Below are positions 23,440 to 36,678 of a DNA stretch of 64,000 nucleotides, piece after piece (position 1 is the stretch's first letter; the number at the start of each line of letters is the position of its first letter). The DNA is from Anolis carolinensis (lineage: Eukaryota): assembly GCF_035594765.1 (NCBI RefSeq), contig NC_085842.1, positions 242,679,747 through 242,743,746 on the forward strand, given 5' to 3'. A model generated the notes under the pieces. That model made no database searches. It was given only the letters and a program-made list of their open reading frames with translations, and had not been told where the DNA came from. A program made the position numbers and the translations under genes.

Positions 23440-24180
23440 GTACGAAGCTACCAGGAGACTGTGTTCTGCTTTCACAGAGCTTTAGTCACCTGCTAAAACC
23501 CTATAAGACACTATAGGTCATAACTAGCACTTTGAATTTTGCCCAGAAACACACTGGCAGTCAGAGGAGCTGTTGCAGGAGGGAGTCCCTGTAGCCAGTC
23601 CCAGTTAACAGTCTGGCCACAGCTCTTCGAATTAGTTGACTTTCCAAACTCTCTTCAAAGGCAGCATTACAGTAATCTAAATAGGATGTAACCAGTGTCA
23701 GATTTAGGACAAATAAGGCTGTGCTAGGTAGATTATGAGGTCCCTTACTTGGGCCCTGGAGGAGGCAGGCCCAGTAGGTCTACACTGCCTGTTTTGTGAC
23801 ACACTCCAAGAGATTATCAATTCTATCATTATGTCTAAAATCACTCCAATACAGAACACCTTCAAATTTACAGTTGTACCACATAAGCAAAATACACCAT
23901 AATACATTTTTGGGGGAAAGAAGATGGGGTCCCCTGGCCAACTTGGCTCTATGCTTAAGCACACATAAGCATAATGGTAAATCCGGCACTGAATGTACCT
24001 AAGGCATATTCCACCATGACCAGATCCAGCATCCCAAGAAGCAGGCACGAGTTTTAAATGTGCAAAGCAAAGGCACTCCTCGCACTCAAGGTTCAACACT
24101 AAGTCCAAGACCTGTGTCTTCAGGCGGGTGTAATATCATCTGACACAGCTGGATCCCTATTCCCTGACTTGTCTTCTGAA
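23440..24180 (-). mobile_element. Decayed L2 ORF2 fragment(s)
   Basis: agcactttgaattttgcccagaaac and ctcttcaaaggcagc...cagtaatcta blocks shared with 31740-31920. Confidence 0.6.
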
Positions 24181-24614
24181 TGACCAGGAGCTATCCACAT
24201 ACCCTAGAGTTGTGAAACTCGGAAATGACTCCTGGGGGACACTGGGGTAACACAAATGGCCCTGAGCTTGGGGCCTTTGGACTGCACTTCACACACTCCT
24301 GGCGTACAGCATTGATAAGTAACCTATTGCAATAGTTTTTGTATTGATAATTGCTTTTTCAAGACTTTCTGAAGTTTTTTTCAGGAGCCTCTTACCATTG
24401 ACAATATAATGGTATATAACCTGAAAAATTCTTGTCAAAGGGATTCTAAAGTTTTCCTTAGAGTAGCTCATGAAAGTAACTAGAAAGTGATATTTGCTAT
24501 GCCAGAAAGATAAGGCTGACTCATTACATTGCTCTTTCTATGGTTTTGTTTTGCCACCTGGCATTCCCAAAAGTAACTAATTACAAACACATTAATTACT
24601 TGATCTGGATCTAG

Positions 24615-25010
24615 AGGGGAGGGGGCTCGATAATTATTCAGGGCTGTTTCAAAGAGGAAGACAAACCTTTTCTTTGTTGTCTAGAAAAATAAAATTCGTT
24701 AAATTATACGAGGGTGGATTTCAGAGAAAACTTTTGCAGGGAAAAGTAGTTTAACAATGCAGTCAATATCCTAGGCTGGATCTACACTGCCATATCATGC
24801 AATTTGAACTGCATTATATGATTAGTGTAGACCCACATAATGTAGTTCAGTGCAGAGGGATTGGTAGGGTGTCCCTTGTTGAAGGCCATAAAACAGAGAT
24901 GGGACAACTGGTCTATTGAGATGTTTTCGCTTTGGAAATGTTTTGCATTGAGAAGGGGGTTAGCTTTGATAGGCTACAGTCTCCCTCTTCCATTCTTACG
25001 ATTGTATACT
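24615..25010 (+). mobile_element. Old CR1 3' end with a Harbinger-like MITE piece at 24773-24850
   Basis: Weak collinearity with the CR1 3' end; ggctggatctacactgccata MITE terminus. Confidence 0.45.
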
Positions 25011-25065
25011 TCTTTAATTCAGAAGGAAATTTCTTCCTGATAAGCTTTTTTGGCATGATCTAAAG

Positions 25066-25348
25066 CAGAGTTTCAAGGACTTTTTCATTTGTGATCCCTT
25101 TCGCCTTGAGAAATTTTTACATGACCCTGGGCATACAGGCCACGTAGGCATAAAAGTCAAACATTTACTGTTAACAAACCAGCATTGCAAGGCTTTCTAA
25201 ACAATCTGGTTTTCCTTTTTTATTGTACAACAAATTCATGTAAATCTCTAAAACAGCCATTAGGTGGCATTCAGAAAAAATTATTGTTGCCAAGATTTAG
25301 CTAAGGGGACCCCATTTGGGGTTGAGCTCCACAGTTTAGAAAGCAGTG
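25066..25348. mobile_element. hAT-like MITE
   Basis: CAG...GTG termini; 8-bp TSD atctaaag/atcttaag; homologous to 29335-29610. Confidence 0.75.
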
Positions 25349-26989
25349 ATCTTAAGTATACAACAACATATCTACTTGTGAGTTGAATCTTTTCAGAAGA
25401 AAAGGAGGGCTACAAAAGAAGGGCACGGTCCTCTTAAACTTTATCAATGACAACACAGTGGAACAGGAGGGAGAAGATGAAATTGTGCTCGCACATAAAA
25501 ACACAACAAAAGCATAGTATACATTTTCCTGCCTTCAACCAATTGATGTTCTGAAAATTGGTTTTCATGAGAAATCCTGCTCTAAGGAAAGACAGAAGAG
25601 CATGTTGCCATTGAAAACACTCCCCCACCTATCTCTTGAATAGTGGGGGAAAGGTGAAACCACAATATCTTCCATGGAGAATCAGGGTAAGAAATATTGT
25701 CCTTGTGGATTGCCTTCATGACATTGTAACATAGACAATTTTGATGGCCTACATTGAGTTATCTGGGTGTAATGGTGGCATCACATTAAGTATGTGATCT
25801 CTGATCAGCTGGGATCTCATAGTCAGTATTAGATTTCTGTTTTTAGGAAAATTGTGCTGATGGAGACATCAATCCAGTAGTAACCCATACTCAAAACCTT
25901 CAAAGGCTGCTTTGAAACCATTAAGTGAATGGGCATTCTCCCCAGGACAAAACCAGTGATCAAATAGAATACTGTGGACTGGAAGGGAAACAGCACATAT
26001 ATAGCCAAATTCTCGGCAGAACTTTGAATAGTCAACAACAGATTTAAAGAATGGAACAAGCTTTTTTTTAAAAAAAATGCCAATTTTACTTTATAATATA
26101 CATGTATAGGTATCAACCTAAGATGTATGAGCAGGAATGTATGCATTTATCTTTTATGGTTTATCCTGGTTGCTCATTTGTGCATTCTTAGGTTTGTTTC
26201 AGCTCAATCTCACTCAGTTTACGAATCTTTTAAAAAGCAATGCTGTGTGGATTTCTGTGTATATGTGCATGTTTGGAAGCATTTTCCCTAGTATAGATAG
26301 CTTTAAGAAGAAAATGTCAATAGCAGTCCCTAGGGAAAAACACTCCTAGTTGTTACTGCATTCCTAAGACTAGCAAATCCAGCCTGATTGTAGAGAAAAT
26401 GTTTATACTTGTGATGAAGAATAAGAGTTTTCTCAACAGGAAGAACATTTTAATATGGGACAAATCTTTTATCATCTCTAACATTTCTTTAAACAATTAA
26501 AATAAATATGTGTAAATCGACACTTAATGAGGTTTTACAGATATAGCTTTCACTCAAGAAACTTTGGGAGCTATAGTTCTGTTAGGAAAATAAGTTTGCA
26601 AAGTGTCAGAGACACTTTGAGAAGGCTTAATAGTGATTAAAGCAAAATAAAGGTATCTATTTATAATTTGTGAGGTGAACAATTACAATCTTTATCAGAC
26701 AGGAATATGTTGTCAGGAGTGGATTGTTCTCTTTTTTGAATGAGCCTGTCAGGGGAAGAGAACCCAATGGATGTGGATGAACCCAATACATATTTCTCTA
26801 GATTTCTTTTCTGATTATTAAAGATTTTTGGGATATTTTATTTCTCATAGCAATATAGTAACCAATAGCTCACCGCAAAAGCTGTTTGTGTCTTCAGATC
26901 TCATGGGTTATAGATCATGAAAAAGCTACTTCTTTGGACAACCTCTGCAAAAACCTTCCAGCCGGCATAGCCACTGGCCATATTGGCAG

Positions 26990-28079
26990 TGTTGGAATCC
27001 AACCCCACACTGCCCAAGTCTGCAGTCCTCAATGAGGAATAATTAGTTAGCTTAGAGTAGACTGAGGGAAATCCTTTCCCCCCGACTTCTGAATGACAGT
27101 TGAAATATATCTATTTCTTCTCTCCTCTCTGCTTCTGCTCTCCTTCTGATTGGTTAAGTAGAACTGATACTTTGTAGGTGCATGCCTTTTGTCTTTGACG
27201 TCTACTTTTACATCTCAGTATGTGCTGTGTGTATTGAGATCTGTCTCTGCTTGTGTGTCAGGAGAAATGTGTGCTTGAAGATTTTTCCCTCTCTTTTGAA
27301 CCCTAAAAGAGATGGGATTAGTTAGTGTAGCTTAGACCCAGTTCTTTATTATTAACAAATGTAGTTAAGTTATTATTTGTTGGAAATAGCAACCTCCCAA
27401 GCCTTTCACTATTTATTTATTAATGTATATATTTGCTATCTGTATTCTATGTGTATGTTGATTTGCCAGTTTGACTTACCTTTTTAGTGTGAGAGGAGCT
27501 ATAGACATGATTGTACTGAGCATGTTCAGACTCAAGACTCCATTTTGCATTCAGTATGTGTTTGGTCTTCAATGAAAGCAGGTGCATATGTCCAGACCTC
27601 AGAAGAGATGGATGCACGTTGCTGTTTAAAAACTTTGATACATGCTTTAGAGACTTCGTTGAGTATAACTATACCTAAAGACTATGGACTATTGATTAAG
27701 AATACGTTGTGTACGCAACATGGAGAGAAGCTACATCCTATCTGTAACTAAACTTCAATAAGAAATGTGCATGTATGGTGAATTAATACAAGATGTTTAT
27801 AAGTAAACAAGATATGTTATTTTTCAAAGAAGCCTTTGTTTTTTAATCTCTTAGTGCATATTTTAACTAAGAGATTTCAAGCGAGTGTATATCTTTTGGG
27901 CAACTGCGACTTCAAAGGAACATCTTTAAAATTCTGCAAACCAAATATATTTTTGTTGTGGCATGTCTTTATCCTTGGCAGTTTAAAGACATGGTTCTTC
28001 AGTTTAACAGCTGAGTTACCTGTGTACCATTACATTAATGCTTGTGATTACCACTTGTTCAAATAATTGACTTCTAACA
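26990..28079 (+). mobile_element. LTR-like element, about 1.09 kb
   Basis: Inverted termini TGTTGGAA and TTCTAACA; no matching TSD, so tentative. Confidence 0.45.
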
Positions 28080-28571
28080 AGGTCATGCTTTTCTTGACTA
28101 GTGGTTTTCAAAAGTAGTCTCCACGGGTTCATGGAGATTCACATTTGCCAAAAAGATATGTGCTCAGAGACTGGGTGCAGTTATTTTCCAATATTATTTT
28201 TGTAAATAAACCTTTTGTAATCTTAAAGATTGAATTCTGGATGTTTGCCTCCTAAACTCTAAAGTGTTTTACAGCCAGATGGCACTTCACACTCTGCTCA
28301 CTGTGAGCTGAATGCTCAACTATAAGTATCCTGTTTTGCATATTTTGGATGCTCTGCTGTTTTTGGGTAGTTTTCCCTAACAAAAAATCCTAATAGGCAG
28401 GTGGTTGGCTGTCAACTCCAAGAAGTAACCTTTAGCTTCTACCTGCTTGGTTTTTAATGAATGGTTCAATGGACATATTTCTTTTTTAATCCACAATGCC
28501 AGAATAACTCCAGTCATTTTTGAAATGCTGATGAAAATAGTATTCAAAGATGTGCCCATGTTACTCTGTTA

Positions 28572-28660
28572 GCATCTGAGTAAGTAGATTGCCTATGAAG
28601 AGTTTGTCCTACAATTAATCTCAAAAGATGCTACCAAAAACTCCTTTGTGTGCTGATACT
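28572..28660 (+). mobile_element. Decayed tail of a second Penelope-associated lineage
   Basis: gcatctgagtaagtag..ctatgaag...tctcaaaagatgctac resembles reptile PLE 3' ends with a degenerate hammerhead. Confidence 0.35.
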
Positions 28661-28791
28661 GATGGTTACCTACAGATGGCAGTGAACCGTCACAATTGAG
28701 AAAGAAATTATCTGTCTTCTTCAGGCTTGGGCATGGATGAATTTATGCAAAGTACTGAAGTCCTTTTCAGGTGCTGGGATTCAGCTTATTA

Positions 28792-29046
28792 CACTATGTA
28801 ACAAATTTTGGAAAAAAATCTGTTCCTGGTTTGACAGTGTTATTTCCTGTTTCAAAGAACTTCATTTCTGTGGCTGCCACAAACAATGTTGAATTGAGAA
28901 TTGAGACTATGAGAAATTCATTGAAAAATGATAGCAAAATGTGCTGCAGGATGTCCAACAAAAACAAAGTTTTTCCATGTTTTTATGATAGAAGCAATTA
29001 GGAAATGACATTTATGATCCAGAAACAAAAATCGTGTTACATAGTG
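28792..29046. mobile_element. Non-autonomous DNA transposon with CACTA-type termini (Chapaev/EnSpm-like)
   Basis: Perfect 12-bp TIR cactatgtaaca/tgttacatagtg; flanks tta/ata. Confidence 0.6.
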
Positions 29047-29334
29047 ATATAAACCTTCAGAAGCAATTGGTGGGTTTGGGAAGGAAGGGTTCTTTCCAAA
29101 CAGTTTGGAAACTGTTTTGAATTGGTACTATTTTCAATCAAGTTATTTCTTCATTTTAAAATGTACATTATTATTATTATAGCTTTAAAGCTGTATTTTG
29201 TTTTAATCTCTATAGTAAACTCCCTCATTAGGAGAAAGTTTTAATATAAAATAAATGATAGATAGATGTTTAAATCTCATATTTCTTCCCGATACATCTG
29301 CTAGCAAGTGAGCTGTTCGGGCCTCACTTTAGAT

Positions 29335-29610
29335 CAGGGCTTCTTAAACTTTTTCTACTCATGACCCCTTTGCACCCAAGAAATTTTTATGTGACCCCAG
29401 GTATATAGGTATATAAAATAGGTATAAAAATCAAACATCATGTGTGGAGTACAGATGAAGCATCTTCTGCAGCTTCCACTATAAATACTGCATGCTGTTG
29501 CTAACAGTTTGGTATAAATGTCTAGGTGGCATTCAAGGACCTTTTACTGTTGCCAGTTTTTTTCATGATCCCAACACTGAGCTAAGGGGATCCCATTTGA
29601 GTGACTTATA
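29335..29610. mobile_element. hAT-like MITE, same family as 25066-25348
   Basis: cagggcttcttaaactttt...agaaatttttatgtgacccc...gctaaggggatcccattt. Confidence 0.7.
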
Positions 29611-30282
29611 TGACCAGTGAGAAGGAATCTGTAATAGTACAATATTATTTGTGAAAGATAATAGAACCTACCAAGGCTTTGGCAAAATGGCAAGATGATG
29701 TTGGAATATGTTCTAGATACACACGTCCACACCTTTCAAGACTGCACTCTTGACTTAGGATTCTTCTCCCCCATCCTGAAAAGTAACAGAGGATCTAGGC
29801 TCTGAGATCGGGGAATGTTAGTAATATTATGAATATTATTTAATGAATGCCTTCTTCCCATTATGAGATAGTTCAGTTTAAAAAGAAAGCTAATTCATGG
29901 CAGAAAGAAATGCACAAGTTCTGACAAGGAAGGGAAACCCCAGTTGAGGAACAGCTTGGAGGCCTGATTGGTGCCAGTGTTTTTGTCTTTCAAATGCCAA
30001 GAGCAGTATTCTTACATATAGATTAATTCCACTACAGAAGTGGTTAGACACTTATGAGTATTTATTACACTCTTTGAGGCCTAATTGGTTTTATATAAAC
30101 CCTCACATGTGCATGGTTCAAACTGATTTAATTAGTTTCAATCTATGTGTTTGTTAAACAATTATTAAATGATTCAATGTTTTTGGCCTTTTATTTATTT
30201 ATTATTGCTTTTACACTATTTTAATTTGTCATGCTAGTTTTATTGTATACCTACCTGAAATCTCTAGATAGAGTGCAGGATA

Positions 30283-30616
30283 GGTAAAGATAAAGGTTTT
30301 CCTCTGATATTAAGTCTAGTCATGATATTGAGTCTAGGATTTGTGCTCATCTCCATTTCTAAGCAGAAGAGCTGGTGTTGTCCATAGACATTTCCAAGGT
30401 CATGTGGCTGGTATGACTGCATGGAGTGCCGTTACCTTCCCGCTGGAGCAGTACCTATTGATCTGCTCACACTTGCATGCTTTCAGATTGCTAGGTTGGC
30501 AGAAGCTGGGGCTAACAGTAGGAGCTCACCCTGCCTCCCAAATTCGAACCACCGATCTTTCGGTCAGCAAGTTCAGCAGCTTAGCAGTTTATTCCACTGC
30601 ACCACCAAGGGCTCCC
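30283..30616 (-). mobile_element. Sauria SINE
   Basis: TSD gagtg(c/t)aggata at 30271-30282 and 30617-30628. Confidence 0.93.
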
Positions 30617-30669
30617 GAGTGTAGGATACAAATACATAAATTAATAAATACCTTAATGGGAATGGGGAT

Positions 30670-31026
30670 GCAAGATACAAGATCTACAGGTTTGTTCTTA
30701 AATTGAATTTGTTTGTAAGTCGGAACAGATACTTTTTAAAGTAACTCTCTATATATGCACTTTGGATAGCATAGGTAAGGGTTAAGACCCCTGTGGTGTC
30801 TGTTTTGCTATCTGTGCAAATGCTATCACATTTGAAAAATGTGGCTTGTTGTGGAAACAAGTATTGGTGAGAAAGCTTCAATGGAGACCCCTTTTCCCCA
30901 TGATAACTCTTCCAGGAGTGAATTTCCCTTCCGAAGAGTAGATTTTTCTCACTTCCTGTTGTCTCACCCCTGTTCTTAACTATAAATCATTTGTAAGTAG
31001 GATGTTTGTAACTCGGGGACTGCCTG
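30670..31026. mobile_element. Tigger/MER44-like MITE, left end eroded
   Basis: Right TIR gtaactcggggactgcctg followed by TA; collinear with 56406-56863. Confidence 0.8.
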
Positions 31027-31691
31027 TACAAGTAACGTTATAGTTTCCACATGCTTCTTTTCCATTTCAGTTTATTAAGTTCTTGACAAAGTGGCATCCA
31101 AAAAAAGATTTGACTCAATTATGTAGTACTGTGATTCTAGCTAACTAATTAACACTTAACTAGCCTGTTCTTTAAATATTATCAGATCAAGTTTCACAGA
31201 TGAAAGAACATTTTTCTAGAAGAACGTCAAATCTTGAATGCATACGTATGGAAAGGGAACTTGTGTATATGCGGAAGTGCTTTTGATATTTGAGATGTGA
31301 TTCTTACATACAGAATCATGCGTTGTAAAAAAACAGGTGTCTTGGAAAGAAACCTCACAAACTTTTCTTTTTGACATTGGATGGAAGAAAATGCATTAAC
31401 AATTCAAATTGACCATATTACACATGTAGAATTTACAACCTGATATTTGTGTGCACGTGTTAAATGCTGAATGTTTTAAGTATGAGTACATATTTTATGT
31501 GTTTATGGGACCAATTACTCTTCTGGCTCTAATTGAGTATTTGATATATGTAAAGAATTTTAGTATTTTTAAATCAAACTTTCTTTATCACGTCTTGCTC
31601 ATTACATAGTTTTAGCCCCTTTCTGCATTAATAGAAGCATAGCTTTCAAGTCAAGGGAAATAACAGTATATATATTGACAACATAGTCCTT

Positions 31692-32385
31692 GAAATAACC
31701 TGGATCTGAGCCATATAAGGCTGGGAAAGTCAAAACCAGCACTTTGAATTGTGCCTGGAAATGGACCAACATTAAGAGAGCTGTTTCGGGAAGGGATTTA
31801 TGTGTTCCCTGTAGTTATCTCTTTGGCTGCAGCTCCTTGGACCAGTCTTTGGACCAGCTGAATTTTCAGAGCACTTTTCAAAGGCAGCCCCGCATACAGC
31901 ATATTGCAGTAATCCAAATGTGTCACCATGACTAGATCTCACATCTCAGGAAATGGGCACCCCAAAATTCCAGACAATTAGTCTCAGATGTTAAATAACA
32001 TGGGAGAGAGAACTAAGCCTCGAGGGTCCCCAAAGGCCAGTAGTCAAGGGATCAAACAGAAATCCCTTAGTACCACCTTGTCAAGAAGGAATGAAGGCAT
32101 ATTAAAAAGTGTCATCCAGGCCAAGCAACCTAGGAAGATACCATAGTTCAATAGTTTTCAACCGGGGTCCCTAGATGCTTTTGGCCTACAAGTCCCAGAA
32201 ACCCCAGCCAGTTTACCAACTGTTAGGATTTCTAGGAGTTGAAGGCCAAAACATCTGGGGACCCCAGGTTGAGAACCACTGTCATAGTTGAAGGTATCAG
32301 AAACTTCTGAGCTGGCCAACCAAAATCAACAGGAACACTCTTCCATTCTCTAGTTCCCAGCATAGCTCATCCACCAAAATAATCA
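31692..32385 (-). mobile_element. Decayed, internally deleted L2 ORF2 fragment
   Basis: Reverse complement encodes LDYCNMLYAGLPLK and QFKVLVLTF..LYGSDPGY. Confidence 0.7.
32149..32281. mobile_element. hAT (MER5/Charlie-like) MITE
   Basis: TIRs caatagttttcaaccggggtcc and ggaccccaggttgagaaccactg; 8-bp TSD (c/t)catagtt. Confidence 0.85.
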
Positions 32386-32900
32386 AAGCACTGGTTATGA
32401 CCTTTAAAGTCCTAGACAGCTCAGGTCCAGGCTATTTGGCTGACTGCCTCTCTTTGTATGAACCTGCCCGAGCCCTGAGATCTTCAGGAAAGGCCCTTCT
32501 TTCGGTCCCACCCCCACCACAAGCTTGGTTGGTGGGAACGAGAGAGTGGGCCTTCCTTCTCGATGGCTGCCCCTCGACTCTGAAACTCCCTTCTTCCCAG
32601 GGAAGCCAGAACAGCCCTTTCCCTGCTGTCCTTTTTGTGGCAAACTAAAACTTTTTTGATTCAGGCAGGATTTTAAAGATGATGGTGTTTAAGACCATCA
32701 AGGGCTGCTGTGATTTTGTGATATGATTTTACATGTTATTTTGGTTTTAACCTGGGTTGTTTTAATATTAATGATGTTTAATACTGTCTTAATATTTGTA
32801 TATTTTAAGTTGTACTGAAAGGCTTTTAGTGTGAGCCGTTTTGAGTCTCCGTATGGCGACAAAAAAGTGGGATATAAATAAAGAAAAAATAAAAAATAAT
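32386..32900 (+). mobile_element. L2 LINE 3' end
   Basis: MTFKVLDSSGPGYLADCLSLYEPARALRSS...GTREWAF; gtgagccgttttgagtctcc...gggatataaataaa terminus. Confidence 0.88.
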
Positions 32901-34148
32901 AGCAGTCAGGCTTCAAACCAGAGTGAAATTGAGCTAGATAATTCACTGCATCCAGAAACTCTGGAGCTGGGAGGCCAATACATGCAACAGAACCTTATCT
33001 TCAAATGGGATTCAAGGAGGGCTTTATTAATAATAGTTTAATAACTGCTTTCTTAGGACAAACTGAAATTCTGTCTTTTTTCAGCAAAGCATTAACCAGT
33101 CATTCCTTGCCAAGAAGGGCATGGATCTCACTCACATGTGGTGGCTCTCATTTCCAAGAATCCTGTCCACATCCTCAGGTTACACAAATTATTACTGGAC
33201 AAGCAAGGGGTAGAGTTATATCTACTGGCACTCTATCAACTATAACATCCAAATCAGAGCATATCCGAATGATTTTATTTGCACAGTATTGAGCATGTTC
33301 ACAAAAGACTGGCATGTGGTTTGGATTTTAGGTTACAGATTCTTCATTAAGTGGGAGTCAGCTTGAAGGCACACTATAAGCCATTATATATTTATTAAAA
33401 ATACAGGCTTTATTGTTGATATTGTTCTAATCACTTGAAACTGTTTTCATTTGTTTAGTCTTTACTCATTCTTCATATTATGTGCCGAACTTCTATTTTG
33501 TTTTATTAGTATTTGCACATTACTCCACATTGTTTATATTATCACATTGGGTTACAATGTTTATATTCACATTTAATATATTTTCAATATTCTCTTCTAG
33601 GTATTTTCATTAGCTGTGGTCTTGTTGAGCATGGTTTTGTGTGTGTTTGACACCTTTCACCCTTGTTTCTGTGCTTAAGCATTTCTCTGATTAAGCACCT
33701 CTGTGTATTTCTAAGAAGAAGAAAAAGAGAAGATGAATAACAAAAGCACCCAAGTATGAAACCAATCTGGGGTTTTTAGATATGCACATCTCAACACAGC
33801 TTCAGTTGACCTAGTACCTCTCTTTCCTTTTCATTTCCTTCTGGGTTTTTTTTAATTATCATTCTCTAAATAGAATTTTGTTTTAGCTTTTTAATATACC
33901 GTACCTCTGTATTTTAGCTTTTAGCCTAGATTCTAATTATTTAAATATATAATGCATTTATGAGACTGTACCTCACTCTCCTTATGCTGGTCAATGACTG
34001 CAGTAAAGTGTCAGTTTAGCTGTCTCTTGATGTTCTTGTTCAGTTAGGGTGAGCTTTAATATAGCCAGCATTTTTGAAGTTCTCATTAAGAAGAACATTT
34101 TTCAAATAATCATCTTACTGATCAATTGGTTGATATGTCTATTTTATA

Positions 34149-34569
34149 TAGTAGAGTCTCGCTTATATGACCTTCAGTTATCCGACATTCCGTCTTATCC
34201 GACGCTCTTATCCGACACCCTCCTTTTCCTCCAGCATTTCCTTTTCAATTAAAGGAGTGCTCCCCAACTCTCTTTCCATTCCCAATAAGTGAAAAAGGCA
34301 AGACAAGGAGGAGGAGGAGGAGGGAGGAGGAAAGGGGGGAAAGAGGCATGTGATTTCCACGCTCCTCTTCCGCATCCGGGCACTTCCTGCTGGGCTGCTC
34401 TAGCCCCGAGGCATTGCCTTGCCTTAACCCTTTGAGTCTCTGTTGTTAGTATTCTAGGTGTCTAGTGCCTCGTCGGACAGGTAACAGTAAGAGACTCTGT
34501 ATTACCCAACATTTTCATTTCTCCGACATTCTGCCGGCCTGCTTATGTCAGATAAGCGAGACTCTATTG
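34149..34569. mobile_element. Older Tc1/mariner MITE
   Basis: TIRs tagtagagtctcgcttat and ataagcgagactctattg; TA flanks. Confidence 0.75.
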
Positions 34570-35093
34570 TATGTTCCAAAACGTGAATGGCATTTCTATA
34601 TGATCAACCAAACATGGGCCTGCTTTAGGAATTCATGTTGTCTTGAATGATTCTCGAAAACAAATAACCAAAATGGAAAAAGCTAGCATGAGATGAGCAT
34701 GAGCCAAAACAATGTCCAAATAATTGCTCTGCTGTCAAGTTCCCTGGGAGGTCTTTGATCTCAATGGATGAACAGAGTGTGGTAATGAGGTATTATCACT
34801 TCTTGTCAGGAGGGAAAACAAGAAAGAGTTTTTAGGCACCTTAAACATTTACAGCTTCTGTGGCATATTTGATGAGTTCACACATGTTTGTGCTAGCGTA
34901 AATCTACAATGACCAAAGTATTTTTATGGGTTTTCTATAAGAGCATTAACAGTGTGATGGTAACTCAAAAAGATACCCTGGCTGTACAAATTTAGGAGTA
35001 GCACAAACTTCTTTTGACAACAGAAATGCCCTTCTGTCTAAATTCATAGATCTGCCAACAGACCAATCTGTTGACCATACTGCTAAGCAATGT

Positions 35094-35697
35094 TGTCAGA
35101 GAAACCACAAATGAGGTGCTGTGCCCCATGAAGACCCTCACTGTTTACCCCCAATTAAGCTCTTTTTAGTTAGAGGGATTCATATTTTATGTACAGTTTC
35201 TGGGTAGTCAGTCTACAGTCTCTTTGCATGTGAAGCCTCCATCGCCCTGCCCCTTTAAGAATCCCTTCAGGGGCAGAACCTCAGGCAAGGCACTTATGGT
35301 TCTTGGAAGAGTCAGCCTTTTTGTGACTGGAAGGTGAAGAGAGAGGAAGGCCAGAAGGTCTACAAAATAGCATGTCCAGTCGGAGCTGTATTTAAGTCCA
35401 GTCAGAGCTGTATTCAAGTACAGTCGGAGACGTATTCCAGTCCAGTCGGAGCCGTATTCAAGTCCAATCAGAGTCAACGTTAAATATTGAGACCATATTA
35501 GAGACAGTTGAACACCAAACAAGAAAGAGACAATAAGAAAAAAATAAAGATTCAAGAGCCTCAGTTCGGCCAGGACTGTGTTTATCTCTCAAAGACTTTA
35601 CGTTTCCTCATACTTTGTAGTGAGACACAGGAGGAGAGAAAGTCTAACATTTTTGTCAGTTAATAAATACTTGAAAACAGCTCCGACTGCGCAGACA
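35094..35697 (+). mobile_element. LTR-like element with an internal minisatellite (tentative)
   Basis: TGTC...GACA ends and AATAAA signals; no TSD found. Confidence 0.35.
35374..35473. repeat. 22-bp minisatellite, about 4.5 copies (agtccagtcRgagcYgtattca)
   Basis: Directly visible tandem units. Confidence 0.9.
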
Positions 35698-35978
35698 GTT
35701 CACCTTCCAGATAGTTAAGATGGTGTGGGGGCAGAACATGGGGTGAGGGAGTAGTGTGAGGGAGGAGCTAGATTATACCTGATTCAAACCTCATCCAGAA
35801 AGAGATCTGTTGTGTTAGATTAGTCAAGGGAGGGGGGCAAAAGGGTCAAGAACATGATCTGCCAGACAATGCCTACTTTAGGAATTCAGTATACTGTTTT
35901 GTTTGTATAAGAATATGCTTTTTTAGACAATGGGTTCAACTCGTAATTTCAGATATGGTCCTTTTAGGTCCTAACTCT

Positions 35979-36128
35979 GGGCCCCTCTATACTGCTCTAT
36001 ATCCCAATATCTGATCCCAGATTATTTTCTTTAAACTAGATTATATGAGTTTCCACTGCCAGATAATCTGGGATAAAAAGATAATCTGGGATCAGATTCT
36101 TGGATATAGGGGCAGTGTGGAAGGTGCC
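35979..36128. mobile_element. Harbinger-like MITE
   Basis: TIRs ggcccctctatactgctctatatc and gatataggggcagtgtggaaggtgcc. Confidence 0.75.
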
Positions 36129-36242
36129 TTTGTCTAACACTCTGCTACCTGGCTTCCCTTTGCTCTCCTCACACAAATTACTGTAGTTCTGCACGTAGAG
36201 AGTCCACACATGCAACAATCAGCTACTGTGACTAAAAACGAA

Positions 36243-36458
36243 AGCCCCTTCTACACTGCCAAATAAAATCCAGATTATCTGCTTTGATCTGGATTATATG
36301 GCAGTGTAGACTCATATAATCCCATTCAAAGACAATAATCTGGATTACCTGCCTTGATAATCTGCTTTGAACTGGATGGCAGTATAGTCTAGTTCAAAGA
36401 AGATAATGTGGATTATCAACTTTGATAATCTGGATTATATGGCAGTGTAGAAGGGGCC
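36243..36458. mobile_element. Harbinger-like MITE with internal duplication
   Basis: TIRs gccccttctacactgcca and tggcagtgtagaaggggcc, followed by taa. Confidence 0.85.
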
Positions 36459-36531
36459 TAAATTAGTTCTAGTTTTTGGAGCAATGAAAGATCTCAAAGG
36501 AACCTCAGAGGAGAGGTGAAGCGATCCCTAA

Positions 36532-36678
36532 GGCCCCTTCTACATTGCCATATAAAATCCAGATTATCTGCTTTGAGCTGGATTATTAGCAGTGTAGACT
36601 CATATAATCCAGTTCAAAGCAGGTAATGTGGATTACCTGCTTTGATAATCTGGATTATATGGCAGTGTAGGCAGTGCC
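36532..36678. mobile_element. Harbinger-like MITE
   Basis: TAA on both sides; same TIR family. Confidence 0.85.

Noticed and set aside
35374-35473. CRISPR-like appearance of short repeats (also 54952-55090 and 60660-60850)
   Set aside because: Contiguous tandem units with no unique spacers, no cas genes, and a vertebrate context.
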